64,000 nt of DNA from an uncultured Alphaproteobacteria bacterium. Its GTDB lineage: Bacteria; Pseudomonadota; Alphaproteobacteria; Rs-D84; CACZYB01. Positions within the stretch are counted from its first letter, which is position 1, and the number at the start of each line of letters is the position of its first letter. The stretch covers positions 434,964 through 498,963 of the forward strand of contig CAKQHZ010000001.1 of assembly GCA_934246625.1 (NCBI GenBank). Reading direction: 5' to 3'. The position numbers were made by a program, and so were the translations under genes. Shown piece after piece: positions 1 to 9,987 of the stretch. The notes under the pieces are model-generated. The model had not been told where the DNA came from, searched no databases, and was given only the letters and a program-made list of their open reading frames with translations.

Positions 1-190
1 TAGTTTGTAATGGATTTTTAAGCCCTGTTATAGATGTGATTTGTTCTTTTGCTATAGATGTATAGGTAGGGATAGAATAATTGATTGTAGTGGTGATTTT
101 TGGGGGTGTATTGTATTGTTGACACTCTGAAGCATATATAGGTGTTGATGTAAGTAATATTCCAGCGATTTTTAATAAATTGCTTTTCAT
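1..190 (-). CDS. Partial CDS (5' end only). Secreted protein with N-terminal signal peptide (MKSNLLKIAGILLTSTPIYASEC...), immediately downstream of virB4. Possibly a T4SS-associated component (VirB5/6-like position).
   Basis: Reverse-strand ATG at 188-190. Hydrophobic signal-like N-terminus. 7-nt gap after the virB4 stop. Runs off the window edge. Confidence 0.4.
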   Translation of the reverse strand, partial: MKSNLLKIAGILLTSTPIYASECQQYNTPPKITTTINYSIPTYTSIAKEQITSITGLKNPLQT

Positions 191-197
191 TTTACAC

Positions 198-2633
198 CTA
201 TTTAAAAGAGTCCAAATAAACCTCGACAAATTTGTTTCCATGTAGTTTTCGTAATTCTTCGGCAAGAAGAACAGCCTTTCTTCCACTGTTGAATAATTGA
301 AGATAAGGACCAAGGCCAGATAAATCAATGTTTAAAATTACAGATTCATCGATGGTTGGTTTTCTGAAAAGAATTGCGTATTTTAAATCCTTGTATATTT
401 TTCCTTGAATAAAAGCCATTTCCTTTGGTGTTAGGTTCCAGCTGTCGTAATCTTCGGGACGTGCCTGAACGTTACGGAAAAAGATTTGTGTTTGACATTG
501 ACCACGGATTACTTCGCCTATACCAAGTTTATCCAAAACATTTGGTTGTTGGAAGGCAGCAAGGTATGCTTGACGTTTTTTACGACCTTCTTGAAGACCG
601 ATGACAAAATTCTGTCTGAAAACTGGATTTGCAAGCATAGGTGCAGTTTCATCAATGATAATTAAACTTGGGGCACCTGTTCTTCCAGTTATATTTTGTA
701 TTCGGTTCATAATATAACTTACAACCGCTGGAGCAAGAGTTTCATCTTCGAAAATATAAGTAAAATCAAAGGTATTGAAACGATTTGATAAATCAAGGCT
801 GTCGGCTTCGCTGTTAAAAAGTTGACCATATTGACTATCATCAACCCAACGGAAAAGTTCACGTCTCATTTTACCAGCTGGGGAAAAACAAGATTTGTAA
901 AGATTTTTAAGTGTTCTTTTGTTTGGTTCAAGATAATCAAATGCAGTTGTAACAGCACGAGCAATTTCGGCTTCGCTGTTTGCATCATCAACAAGTGTAA
1001 TTTCCTTTAACCAACGGCGAAGAAAAGCACGATTTTCTGGTGTATCATCTATACGGAAAGGATTTAGATAAGTTAATGTTCCACCCTTTTGAACATCTTT
1101 GTCCTTTGTATCGCCTTCAAAATTTATGTATGAACCGCCTGCGGAATATGTGAAAATTTCAGCACCTCTGTGGCGGTCGAAAAAGAATACCTTTAAATCA
1201 TCAAATCTTAAAGATTGACCTGCTAAAAAGGAATAAAGTGTTGTTTTACCTTGACCTGTTGGACCTATTGCAACAGTATGAGCAACGGCACTTTGTTCTT
1301 CGGATACATGAAATTCAAATTGATATGCGGTTCCTTGATATGTTGGGAATAGGGCAATAGGACCATTTCCCCAATCGCATTTTGATAATCCCTCTGGTTG
1401 ACGTTCAAAATTAAAACTTGTTGCAACGGCACGTGAAAGCATTTTATACATTCGTGGGTATTTATCATAAGTTGGAAATTGTGAAAACCAAGAGCTTTGA
1501 GCAACCCAACCTTCACGAACTGGTGTTAATCCATAAAGACGACATATTTTTTCAATTTCAAATACAGCTTTGTTTAAATCATCTTGGCTTTCAGCAGTAA
1601 TGAAAAAAGTTTCTGCATAATTTACTAATGTTTGATGGTCTTCATCATTTTGTTCAATAAGTGCAAGAGCATCATCAAATTGTCTTAATACATCATAAGA
1701 GAAGGTGCTTGAACTTGCCATTCTTCGTTGATTGATTAAAATCATTTGAGCTTTTGTTTTTGATATAGGAAAAAGGTTATGTAAGACAGTTATTTCATAA
1801 TTTAATGATAATATGTCAGATAACATTTGTTCATCAACTGTATTTGATTGTTGTTTTATACCAACAACAGCCATATATTTTTCCTTTGTTCCAGAACGAA
1901 ATCTTATGTATCCCTTATTTGAAAAGAATATTTCATCAGATACAATAAGTTCAGAAATATTGTCAAAAACCATATTTTCAGATTTTGGTTGTGGGCGTGA
2001 AATTGGATTTATTATGTGGGCAAAAAATGAAATAGGACTTTCGGATTTGCCATCTTCCTTTAATGCCTTTACACCGAAATTTGATAATATTGCTTCAAGA
2101 TTGCTTGAAGCAGTATCCAAATCCTTCATTGCGTCCTTTCGGTCATTTACAGAAATAACTATATAATGGGAGTTTTTGAAAATATCCTTTTGAGCATCGC
2201 TCCATTTTTCGGAAATTTCCTTTAATACCTTGTTTGTATTGTTTATGACTTTGTCGGTTTGAACCTTTTCACGAATAGTGAAAATACGGCTTTCTATACT
2301 TATTTCAGAAAGAGAATCAATCCATTTTTTTCTTTCCTCAAGTAATGATTGAATTGTTTCACGACGGGCAAATGCTATGCTTGTTCCAGTGATTTTGAAT
2401 ATTCTTACAAGTGAACCATTTGAGCATAAAATAGTTTTTTTATCGTTTAATAATTTTTCAAATGGAAGGTAATCAACAAGTCTTGTATCATAAGGACGTG
2501 GTAAAAATATATTTGATTTTTTTGATATTATTACAGTTATTATTAGTGCAACAGCAATTATGCCTAAAATCAAAGAAATTGTATAGGTGTTTGATAAATG
2601 TGTTAGCAATATTGTTGATAAATCAAAATTCAT
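198..2633 (-). CDS. virB4: Type IV secretion system ATPase VirB4/TrbE (811 aa)
   Basis: Length and N-terminal TM segment. Walker A GPTGQGKTT and VirB4-typical C-terminal motifs (IIDETAP, DxxG). Immediately follows virB3. Confidence 0.9.
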   Translation of the reverse strand: MNFDLSTILLTHLSNTYTISLILGIIAVALIITVIISKKSNIFLPRPYDTRLVDYLPFEKLLNDKKTILCSNGSLVRIFKITGTSIAFARRETIQSLLEERKKWIDSLSEISIESRIFTIREKVQTDKVINNTNKVLKEISEKWSDAQKDIFKNSHYIVISVNDRKDAMKDLDTASSNLEAILSNFGVKALKEDGKSESPISFFAHIINPISRPQPKSENMVFDNISELIVSDEIFFSNKGYIRFRSGTKEKYMAVVGIKQQSNTVDEQMLSDILSLNYEITVLHNLFPISKTKAQMILINQRRMASSSTFSYDVLRQFDDALALIEQNDEDHQTLVNYAETFFITAESQDDLNKAVFEIEKICRLYGLTPVREGWVAQSSWFSQFPTYDKYPRMYKMLSRAVATSFNFERQPEGLSKCDWGNGPIALFPTYQGTAYQFEFHVSEEQSAVAHTVAIGPTGQGKTTLYSFLAGQSLRFDDLKVFFFDRHRGAEIFTYSAGGSYINFEGDTKDKDVQKGGTLTYLNPFRIDDTPENRAFLRRWLKEITLVDDANSEAEIARAVTTAFDYLEPNKRTLKNLYKSCFSPAGKMRRELFRWVDDSQYGQLFNSEADSLDLSNRFNTFDFTYIFEDETLAPAVVSYIMNRIQNITGRTGAPSLIIIDETAPMLANPVFRQNFVIGLQEGRKKRQAYLAAFQQPNVLDKLGIGEVIRGQCQTQIFFRNVQARPEDYDSWNLTPKEMAFIQGKIYKDLKYAILFRKPTIDESVILNIDLSGLGPYLQLFNSGRKAVLLAEELRKLHGNKFVEVYLDSFK

Positions 2634-2642
2634 TTTTGCTTC

Positions 2643-2936
2643 CTATGGTGCGAATTTGTTGCCATTTTCTTTTATTATATTTTTTGTTTTTGCCTTTATA
2701 TTATTCCTTGCACGGATAATATTGTCGATGTGAGGGTCGTGTTTTGCAAGTAAAATCAAAAAAAGATGTATAATTATTATTCCAAGTATTGGTATCCATA
2801 TATATCCCATATAGCCAAAGGTTAGGCATAATAGCATTATAACCACGCCAACAGCGATATTAAACATTGCCAAACCAAATGGTGCAAAAAACATTAAACT
2901 TGGATATGCAATAGATTTTAAAAGTTCTTCTTTCAA
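2643..2936 (-). CDS. virB3: Type IV secretion system protein VirB3 (97 aa, two TM helices)
   Basis: Small bitopic membrane protein directly upstream of, and in the same orientation as, virB4 with a 9-nt gap. This is the canonical virB3-virB4 arrangement. Confidence 0.75.
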   Translation of the reverse strand: MKEELLKSIAYPSLMFFAPFGLAMFNIAVGVVIMLLCLTFGYMGYIWIPILGIIIIHLFLILLAKHDPHIDNIIRARNNIKAKTKNIIKENGNKFAP

Positions 2937-3074
2937 TATATTCCCCCCATATATACCTTATTAATTTTACAAAAATAAGCATAAAAAGACAAGTAAAAAG
3001 TTAGAGTTAGTTGGAATATCTTCTCCTTTTATTTTTTAATTATTTTTATAGTATGATTTTGAAAGGAGTTTTTT

Positions 3075-3407
3075 ATGATGGATTTAAAATATTTTCCGCC
3101 AAAGGAAGCTGTGAGGAATGCAAGACTTGGTTTAAAACTTCGTGAAAAGTATCATAGAGGTGGACTTGGGTATGAAGAAGCGGCGGCCCTTGGCATAGAT
3201 AGTGGTGTTGTAAGAGCATATCAGATTATTTCTGGACGACCTTTGACATTACAAATAATAAAACGTATGGCAAGGTTTAATAGACATAGACGAAACTATA
3301 GACCTTTTATTTTGCTTAAAGATGGTGGTCCAACTGCTGGGACTATTGCGTGGCTTTTGTGGGGTGGTGATGAAGGTATAAATTGGGCAATTAACTTTAA
3401 AGAGTGA
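3075..3407 (+). CDS. Hypothetical protein (110 aa). No recognisable domain. GC-richer than its neighbours.
   Basis: Good SD (AAAGGAG) 7 nt upstream of ATG. Fills the gap between virB3 and mucR. Composition roughly 40% GC in the ORF body. Confidence 0.45.
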   Translation: MMDLKYFPPKEAVRNARLGLKLREKYHRGGLGYEEAAALGIDSGVVRAYQIISGRPLTLQIIKRMARFNRHRRNYRPFILLKDGGPTAGTIAWLLWGGDEGINWAINFKE

Positions 3408-3824
3408 TTAAGCCTTTGTTTTACCTAGACCACTTTTTTTTGCAAGTGTAGAGCGGGTTTTTGCATAGTTTGGGGCAATCATAGGATAATCATTTGAAAG
3501 TCCCCATTTTTCCCTGTATTCCTTATCAGTCATATTATATTTTGTTTTAAGGTATCGTTTTAACATCTTTAATTTTTTTCCATCTTCAAGACAGATTATG
3601 TATTCTGGGTGGACTGAATCCTTTATATCAACAAATGGTGCCAAAGCATAAGATGATGTTTTGTCAGTTATTGAAATAAGGTTTGAATAGATGTTTTCAA
3701 TCAAAGATGGAATTTCGGTTTTTTCAATTTTATTGTTTGCGACATAACTGCTTGTGATTTGTGATGTTGCAGATATTATTGCAAGTTTTAAATTTTCAGA
3801 TATGTTTTTTTGAATTTTATCCAT
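3408..3824 (-). CDS. mucR: MucR/Ros family zinc-finger transcriptional regulator (138 aa)
   Basis: C-terminal ...EYIICLEDGKKLKMLKRYLKTKYNMTDKEYREKWGL..DYPMIAPNYA... matches the Ros/MucR C2H2-like DNA-binding signature. Size is typical (~140 aa). Confidence 0.8.
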   Translation of the reverse strand: MDKIQKNISENLKLAIISATSQITSSYVANNKIEKTEIPSLIENIYSNLISITDKTSSYALAPFVDIKDSVHPEYIICLEDGKKLKMLKRYLKTKYNMTDKEYREKWGLSNDYPMIAPNYAKTRSTLAKKSGLGKTKA

Positions 3825-3919
3825 TTTTTAATACCTTTGATTTTTAATTTTTTCCCTTGTATTATATCAAAAATTAAGGTAAAAGTAAAAGGTAAAATAA
3901 TTTTTTAAGAGGCGTTTTT

Positions 3920-5188
3920 ATGTTTTCAAAATTTTTTAGTAAATTTTATATTGATATTCTTCCAACACTTCCTTTGAATATAAGTTTTTGGGGTGTTATT
4001 TTGTTGTTTTTATTTGCTTTTTTCCCTTCTTATATAGTTTATGCAAAGCAATCAGTTCAACGAAAAATTATTTATTTATTTTCACTTTTTGATTTTGTTT
4101 TATTTTTCTTTTGTATCTTTGTAAAAATAGAAGATTTTTATTTTGATAGGGGGGATTTAACAATATTTGCAAAAAGTTTGTATGTGATTTTGTTTATTGG
4201 TGCGATTTTTGATGCAGATGATAAAAAGTCTTTCCCATATAAAAAGAAAAGTTTTGTAAAAAAATATATTCAACACCCAATGGAATCTTTTATTTCTCAT
4301 TTTATGTTTGTGGTTTTTCGAATTTTGCCTGTGAAGGTAGCATCTGGTATAGGTGGATTTTTGGGAAGAATGTTGGGTAAAACTCAAAAATGGTATAACT
4401 TTCTTATGGACGCAAATTTGAATATTGCATTTCCAAGAAAAAGAAAGGCTGAAAAGGAAAAAATTAAAACCCAAGTTTGGGATATGATGGGAAGATATGT
4501 AAGTGAACCTGCACATTATAAGAATATTTACAGAAATTATAAAAAATATCTTACCTTTGAAAATGATAAAATTTTGGATAAGTTAAATGGAAAACCTTAT
4601 ATTGCATTTATTGCACATTGTGGAAGTTTGGGACTTATTTCTATACCATTTGCTATTCATAAGGCAGATTGTTCAATTATTTATAAATATCCAAGCAATA
4701 ATTTAACAAATAACCTTGTTATAAAATCTTTTGGTAATGGTATTGGAAAATTAAAATTTATTCCAAATACAGCAAATGGAACAAAGGACGCAATGAGAAT
4801 ACTTAGTTCTGGTGGTGCAATTTTGGCTGTGCCAGATCAAAAGTTTCAAACTGGAATTGAAACAAAGTTTTTTGGACAACCTGTTAAAAGTCCTGTGGGT
4901 GTAGCTAAATTGGCAGGTCATTTTAATTGTCCTATTTTGCCTGTGCAACTTGTTCGTGTTGATGGGGTAAAACATAAAATTATATTTCACGAACCATTTA
5001 TGCCTTTTAAATCAAAAAATAAGGAAATGGATGCAATTAAAACTATGCAAAAAATAAATGATATTATTGAAGGTTGGATAAAAGAAAATCCTTCTCAATG
5101 GTTTTGGGTTCATGACAGATGGGGCATTAAAGATGTTTTAAAAAAGAAATACAAAGGAGAAAAAAATGCAACAAAAAACAATAAGTAA
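3920..5188 (+). CDS. lpxL: Lipid A biosynthesis lauroyl/myristoyl acyltransferase (LpxL/HtrB family) with a ~120-aa N-terminal multi-TM extension
   Basis: C-terminal 300 aa has LpxL-family motifs (NLNIAFP..., HCGSLGL.., FWVHDRW). Strong SD AAGAGG before 3920. An alternative internal start is at 4280 (MESFISH...). Confidence 0.7.
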   Translation: MFSKFFSKFYIDILPTLPLNISFWGVILLFLFAFFPSYIVYAKQSVQRKIIYLFSLFDFVLFFFCIFVKIEDFYFDRGDLTIFAKSLYVILFIGAIFDADDKKSFPYKKKSFVKKYIQHPMESFISHFMFVVFRILPVKVASGIGGFLGRMLGKTQKWYNFLMDANLNIAFPRKRKAEKEKIKTQVWDMMGRYVSEPAHYKNIYRNYKKYLTFENDKILDKLNGKPYIAFIAHCGSLGLISIPFAIHKADCSIIYKYPSNNLTNNLVIKSFGNGIGKLKFIPNTANGTKDAMRILSSGGAILAVPDQKFQTGIETKFFGQPVKSPVGVAKLAGHFNCPILPVQLVRVDGVKHKIIFHEPFMPFKSKNKEMDAIKTMQKINDIIEGWIKENPSQWFWVHDRWGIKDVLKKKYKGEKNATKNNK

Positions 5189-6014
5189 AGAAATTTCTAT
5201 TTCTGGAATTGGTCAACATAAGGGAACTGAAAATACTATTGTTTTAAAACCCGCTGGTGTTGATAGTGGTATAATTTTTGTTATTAAAGGAAAAAAATAT
5301 CCCTTTAATGTTGAAAATGTTTTTGGTGAAGCGGGATATACAACTATTGGTCAAGGAGATGAAAGTGTGAAAACTATTGAACACCTTATGTCTTCTTTGC
5401 ATGGTTTGGGTATTGATAATTTGATTATTGAAACAGATTCAGAGGAAACTCCTATTTGTGATGGGTCAAGTGAACCTTTGTTAGCTGAAATTAAAAAAGC
5501 AGGTGTTTTCGAACAAAATGCTCCTAAAAAAATGATAAAAATTTTGAAAAAGGTTGAGTATAGTGATGAAAAAGGACGTGTTAGCATTGAACCAAATGAT
5601 AAAAATTTGCTTACTTTAGATGTAAGTATTGATTATAGTGGTATTAAGCCTATTGGTTTTCAAAGTGTTAAAATTGATTTGACAGAGGATAATTATGAAA
5701 AATTTGTGGCTCCTGCTAGAACTTTTGCAAGAATGAGTGATGTTGAATATCTTCATTCAAAGGGTTTATGTTTGGGTGCAACACTTAAAAGTGGTATTGC
5801 CGTTGATGAAGAAAAAGTTTTAAATCCAGAAGGTTTAAGATTTGAAGATGAATTTGTTCGTCATAAAGTTTTAGATGCAGTTGGTGATTTATATCTTCTT
5901 GGCCATAGTGTTATTGGCTATTATAAGAATAGTAAAGGTGGACATTTTCATAATAATAAATTAGTAAAGGCTGTGCTTTCTGATAAATCTAATTATGAAA
6001 TAGTTGAGATTTAA
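5166..6014 (+). CDS. lpxC: UDP-3-O-acyl-N-acetylglucosamine deacetylase LpxC (282 aa)
   Basis: Strong similarity to the LpxC C-terminal region (RTFARMSDVEYL..GLCLG...GLRFEDEFVRHKVLDAVGDL...HFHNNKL). SD AAAGGAG. Overlaps the lpxL stop. Confidence 0.9.
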   Translation: MQQKTISKEISISGIGQHKGTENTIVLKPAGVDSGIIFVIKGKKYPFNVENVFGEAGYTTIGQGDESVKTIEHLMSSLHGLGIDNLIIETDSEETPICDGSSEPLLAEIKKAGVFEQNAPKKMIKILKKVEYSDEKGRVSIEPNDKNLLTLDVSIDYSGIKPIGFQSVKIDLTEDNYEKFVAPARTFARMSDVEYLHSKGLCLGATLKSGIAVDEEKVLNPEGLRFEDEFVRHKVLDAVGDLYLLGHSVIGYYKNSKGGHFHNNKLVKAVLSDKSNYEIVEI

Positions 6015-6015
6015 A

Positions 6016-6489
6016 ATGATTATTATGGGAATTGACCCTGGGTTAAGATATTGTGGATTTGGTGTTGTTGAATACAAATCCGGAAGTTTTAGGCATATTG
6101 CAAATGGAACGTTTAAAACAAACGAAAAATTAAGTTTGGCTGAACGACTTTCACAAATTTATTATAATCTTATTGATATATTGGAACGATATAAGCCAGA
6201 TGAAGTTGCGGTTGAGGAAGTTTTTGTGAATATAAATCCTTCTTCAACTTTGAAACTTGGGCAGGCGAGAGGGGTTGCGATTTTGACACCTTCGTTGAAA
6301 GGAATACCTGTATTTGAATATTCGCCAAATTTGATTAAAAAATCAGTAGTTGGTGTTGGTCATGCAGGGAAAGAACAAATACAAATGATGGTGAAGTTGT
6401 TGCTTTCTTCTCCTAAAATAGATAGTGAACATAGTGGTGATGCTTTGGCAATGGCAATATGTCATGCACATAACAGAAATTCCTTTTAA
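6016..6489 (+). CDS. ruvC: Crossover junction endodeoxyribonuclease RuvC
   Basis: MIIMGIDPGLRYCGFGVV... N-terminus and ...GDALAMAICHA motif. The ORF track starts 4 codons earlier at 6004. Confidence 0.85.
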   Translation: MIIMGIDPGLRYCGFGVVEYKSGSFRHIANGTFKTNEKLSLAERLSQIYYNLIDILERYKPDEVAVEEVFVNINPSSTLKLGQARGVAILTPSLKGIPVFEYSPNLIKKSVVGVGHAGKEQIQMMVKLLLSSPKIDSEHSGDALAMAICHAHNRNSF

Positions 6490-6635
6490 TAAACAAAATT
6501 ATTGAAATACGAATTTTCTTCTTGATTTTTAGAATATTTTAGGTAAATATGTAAATGTAAAAGTTTTGTATGGCTTGTCGCTTACAACTTTTACTTTCTT
6601 TGTGTTAAAAAAAGGGGCTATTTTATGGCCCTTTT

Positions 6636-7154
6636 TTATTTCCTTAAATATATATAAAATGCGCCATCGTTTTTGTTTTGGTATGGAGCATATTCGACAT
6701 AAAGAATCATTTGCCTTATATCCATTGCATTTATCCATTTTGGAAATTCTTTCCTTATGGTGCCGGTTTGTTTTTCGGGGTTGCCACGACCTGTAATAAC
6801 AAGTAATGTGCGATTATGAGAAGTATAATTTTGTGATACAAATTTTATAAACGTTTCGTATGCAGATTGAAGTGTGTGTCCGTGTAAATCAAGTGTAGAA
6901 TCGGGCTTTTTTAAATCTTTTTTGATTTTTTTTGCAATGGTTTTATCAATACGAGATGTGTCGGATATTGATAAATCGTTTTCAATTATATGGCGTTCTG
7001 GTTTGCGTTTTACATCTTCGGTTGAAATAAATGTGATTTCAATGGTGTTTTCTTTTTTCCTTGGGATTTTATTAGGTATAACTAAATTCCCCTTTGTTTT
7101 TGATTTAAGGGGCTTTATTGTTGATATAATTTCTTCCCATAATGATTTAGTCAT
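6636..7154 (-). CDS. Smr (small MutS-related) domain protein (172 aa)
   Basis: LDLHGHTLQSAYETFIKFV...LLVITGRG matches the Smr-domain hallmark (DLHG). Confidence 0.7.
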   Translation of the reverse strand: MTKSLWEEIISTIKPLKSKTKGNLVIPNKIPRKKENTIEITFISTEDVKRKPERHIIENDLSISDTSRIDKTIAKKIKKDLKKPDSTLDLHGHTLQSAYETFIKFVSQNYTSHNRTLLVITGRGNPEKQTGTIRKEFPKWINAMDIRQMILYVEYAPYQNKNDGAFYIYLRK

Positions 7155-7194
7155 ACGATAAATATAATATTTTTTGTTTATAAAAGCAAATAAA

Positions 7195-7222
7195 AATCCC
7201 TCTTTTGCAAGAGGGACTTATT
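7195..7222 (-). terminator. Rho-independent terminator downstream of dnaN (hairpin TCCCTCTT/AGAGGGAC plus T-run on minus strand)
   Basis: 8-bp GC-rich stem visible at 7195-7222. A-run on plus strand gives a T-run on minus. Confidence 0.5.
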
Positions 7223-7238
7223 AAATCAAAGTTATGAA

Positions 7239-8357
7239 TTATATTCTCATTGGCATAAGAACATAAATTGCAGATTCGTCATCAAGTTCTGTTATAATAG
7301 CAGGTGATGAGCCATCAGAAATCATAAATTTCATAAATTTACCTTCGATTTGTGATGCAATATCAAGAAGGTATTTTGAATTGAAACCTATTTCCATAGA
7401 ATCGCTGTCGTAAACAACTTCTAAATCTTCAAATGCACTTCCAGAATCTGGAGTTGATGCAAGGAGTGTTAATTTTGATTTTGATAATTTAAGTTTAATT
7501 GCTTTTGATTTTTCGTATGCAACAGATGATACACGGTCAACTGCTTCTGAGAAAAGTTTGCAATCTACTTCCATTGCCTTATCATTTGAAGTTGGAATAA
7601 CCTTTTCATAATCTGGGAAACGACCATCAATAAGTTTTGATGTGATTGTTGTGCCACCGAATGAAAATCTTGCTTTGGTTTCACTTACTTCTACATTTAT
7701 GTCTGATGATGTATCTTCAAGAAGAGCACGAAGTTCGTTCACAACCTTTCTTGGAACAATAATACTTGGCATACCCTTTGCACCTTCTGGGCTTAAAACA
7801 TCTTGACGAGCAAGTCTATGTCCATCAGTTGCAACAGCACGGAGTAATTCCTTTCCATCTTTTTCAAGTGTGTGAAGGAAAATTCCGTTTAAGAAATAAC
7901 GAGTTTCTTCTGTTGATACAGCAAATTTTGTTTTATCAATAAGTTTTATTAAATCATCACATGGAAGAGTGAATTTAAAAGGCATTGATGAGCTATTCAT
8001 TAAAGGGAAATCATCAACAGGAAGTGATGGTAATGTAAATTCTGAATTACCTGCCTTTATAACAACTTTTGAATTATCTGATGATGTTTTAAGTTCGATT
8101 GTGCCTTCTGGAAGTTTACGAACAATATCATATAAAATATGTGCAGGTATTGTTGTTGAACCCTTTTCATTGATTGTTGCTTCTAATTCCTCAATAATTT
8201 CCAAATCAATGTTTGTAGCAGTGAATTTTAAGTTATCGTTTGCTTCGATTTTGATATTTGAAAGAACTGGAATAGTAGATTTTTTTTCAACAATTCTATA
8301 TAAATGAGAAAGTGTTTTTGATAAATTTGCTTTTTCAATAGTAATATACATTTTCAT
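7239..8357 (-). CDS. dnaN: DNA polymerase III beta sliding clamp (372 aa)
   Basis: Length, three-domain clamp signature, MKMYITIEKANLSKTL... N-terminus and C-terminal ...MPMRI typical of DnaN. Confidence 0.9.
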   Translation of the reverse strand: MKMYITIEKANLSKTLSHLYRIVEKKSTIPVLSNIKIEANDNLKFTATNIDLEIIEELEATINEKGSTTIPAHILYDIVRKLPEGTIELKTSSDNSKVVIKAGNSEFTLPSLPVDDFPLMNSSSMPFKFTLPCDDLIKLIDKTKFAVSTEETRYFLNGIFLHTLEKDGKELLRAVATDGHRLARQDVLSPEGAKGMPSIIVPRKVVNELRALLEDTSSDINVEVSETKARFSFGGTTITSKLIDGRFPDYEKVIPTSNDKAMEVDCKLFSEAVDRVSSVAYEKSKAIKLKLSKSKLTLLASTPDSGSAFEDLEVVYDSDSMEIGFNSKYLLDIASQIEGKFMKFMISDGSSPAIITELDDESAIYVLMPMRI

Positions 8358-8431
8358 CTCCTTTGATTTAATTCAAGTTTATTCTAGTCCATAATAAGAT
8401 ATAAAAGCAAGCAATTTTTTTGATATTTTTT

Positions 8432-8458
8432 TATTAAAAAAAGGCTCTTGTTAGAGCC
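8432..8458 (-). terminator. Rho-independent terminator downstream of tig (GGCTCT-TGTT-AGAGCC hairpin)
   Basis: Perfect 6-bp stem at 8443-8458 flanked by A/T runs. Confidence 0.6.
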
Positions 8459-8464
8459 CTTTGT

Positions 8465-9766
8465 TTATTTTTTTACTTTGGTAAATTCTTCAGGTTTTAC
8501 TTCGCGTTCCTTTGTTTTTACCTTTGAAAGCATTATATCCAAAACCTTGTCTTCAAAGATTCCAGCACGGATTGCTTCGGTTGCAGATGGATTTTTTTGA
8601 TAGTATTCAAAAATTTGACCTGCTTGGGTTGGATATTTCATTGCTTCGCCCATAATTGCTTGTTGAACATCGTTTTGTGATATTTCAACTTTTTCCTTTT
8701 TACCAATGTCAGCAAGGATAAGACCAAGTTTTACACGGCTTTCTGCTTGCTTTTTTAATTCTTCTTTTTTCTTCTTTTCTGCCTTTTCATCAAGTTTTTC
8801 AGATGAAGAATGTTGGAATTGATGGAACATATATTCTGTTTCTTGATTTACAAGAGATTCAGGAAGTTCAATCTTTTCATCAGCAAGTTTATCAAGAAGT
8901 TCATCTTTCATTTGAGCTTTTGATGAGTTTTCATAATTTTGTTCAAGTAATTCTTTTACATAAGATTTTAGGTCTGCTAAATCTTTTCTTTTAAGTTCAA
9001 CAGCAAATGCGTCATCGATAGCAGGTATTTTCTTTTCCTTTATATCGTTAAGTTTTACTTTGAATACAACTGGTTTTCCAGCAAGTGTTGCATGGCCGTA
9101 ATCCTTTGGGAAACTTACGTTAACATCAAATTCATCACCCTTTGAATGACCGATAATTTGATCTTCGAATCCAGGGATAAATGTGTTTGAGCCAAGTTCA
9201 AGAGGGTAATTTTCACCCTTGCCACCTTCGAATGCTTTACCATTATCAAAGCCTTCAAAATCGATAACAGCTATATCACCAGATTTAATTTTTCTAGCTT
9301 CTGAAATTGATTCAGTTGTAAATCTTGATTTTGCGATGTTTTCGATTGCTTCGTTAATTTCCTTATCTGTTGCCTTTGCAACCTTTTTTTCAAGAGTGAT
9401 TTTTGAAAAATCAATATCCTTTATTATTGGAAGGATTTCAAAATCACAAGAGAATTTTAATGGTTCGTTGCGAACAAAGCTGTCAACTTTTACATTTGGT
9501 TGTGTTGCTGGTGTAATATCATGTTCTTTGCAGTATGAAGATAAAGTGTCGTTTATTAAAGAATTGATAACATCACCAATGAAATGACCTTCGTATTTTT
9601 GTTTGATTACTTCCATAGGAACATGTCCAGGACGGAAACCCTTTTCCTTATGTGTTTTTGCAAATTCAGTTAATTGTTCGTTTAATTTTTTTTCAAATTC
9701 ATCAACTGGAATTTCAAAAGATAATTCGTATTTAATTCCTTTAACTTTTTCTTTTGTTGCTTGCAT
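8465..9766 (-). CDS. tig: Trigger factor (433 aa)
   Basis: Three-domain architecture with the central FKBP-like PPIase segment (GKxxxFxV, FPxxYG) and size typical for Tig. Confidence 0.9.
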   Translation of the reverse strand: MQATKEKVKGIKYELSFEIPVDEFEKKLNEQLTEFAKTHKEKGFRPGHVPMEVIKQKYEGHFIGDVINSLINDTLSSYCKEHDITPATQPNVKVDSFVRNEPLKFSCDFEILPIIKDIDFSKITLEKKVAKATDKEINEAIENIAKSRFTTESISEARKIKSGDIAVIDFEGFDNGKAFEGGKGENYPLELGSNTFIPGFEDQIIGHSKGDEFDVNVSFPKDYGHATLAGKPVVFKVKLNDIKEKKIPAIDDAFAVELKRKDLADLKSYVKELLEQNYENSSKAQMKDELLDKLADEKIELPESLVNQETEYMFHQFQHSSSEKLDEKAEKKKKEELKKQAESRVKLGLILADIGKKEKVEISQNDVQQAIMGEAMKYPTQAGQIFEYYQKNPSATEAIRAGIFEDKVLDIMLSKVKTKEREVKPEEFTKVKK

Positions 9767-9796
9767 TTTTTTTCCTTAGATTTTTAAGAGTTTGTT

Positions 9797-9881
<85 letters not shown>

Positions 9882-9987
9882 AAATTGTTATAAATCTTGT
9901 ATATTTATAGCATAAAAAAAAAATAAATCCATAAAAAATTTAAAATTTTGAAAAAAGTATGATATACTTCTTATTATGGAGGAAAAA

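Noticed and set aside
822-2166. Several 60-117 aa ORFs on the plus strand inside virB4 (822..1010, 1418..1600, 1813..2166)
   Set aside because: Antisense to a long, well-supported CDS. They have no SD and low-complexity translations, as is typical of spurious ORFs in AT-rich DNA.
6529-6796. Short ORFs 6529..6738 (minus) and 6566..6796 (plus) around the ruvC/smr junction
   Set aside because: They overlap the 3' end of the Smr-domain gene and the terminator region. They have no SD and their translations are not protein-like.
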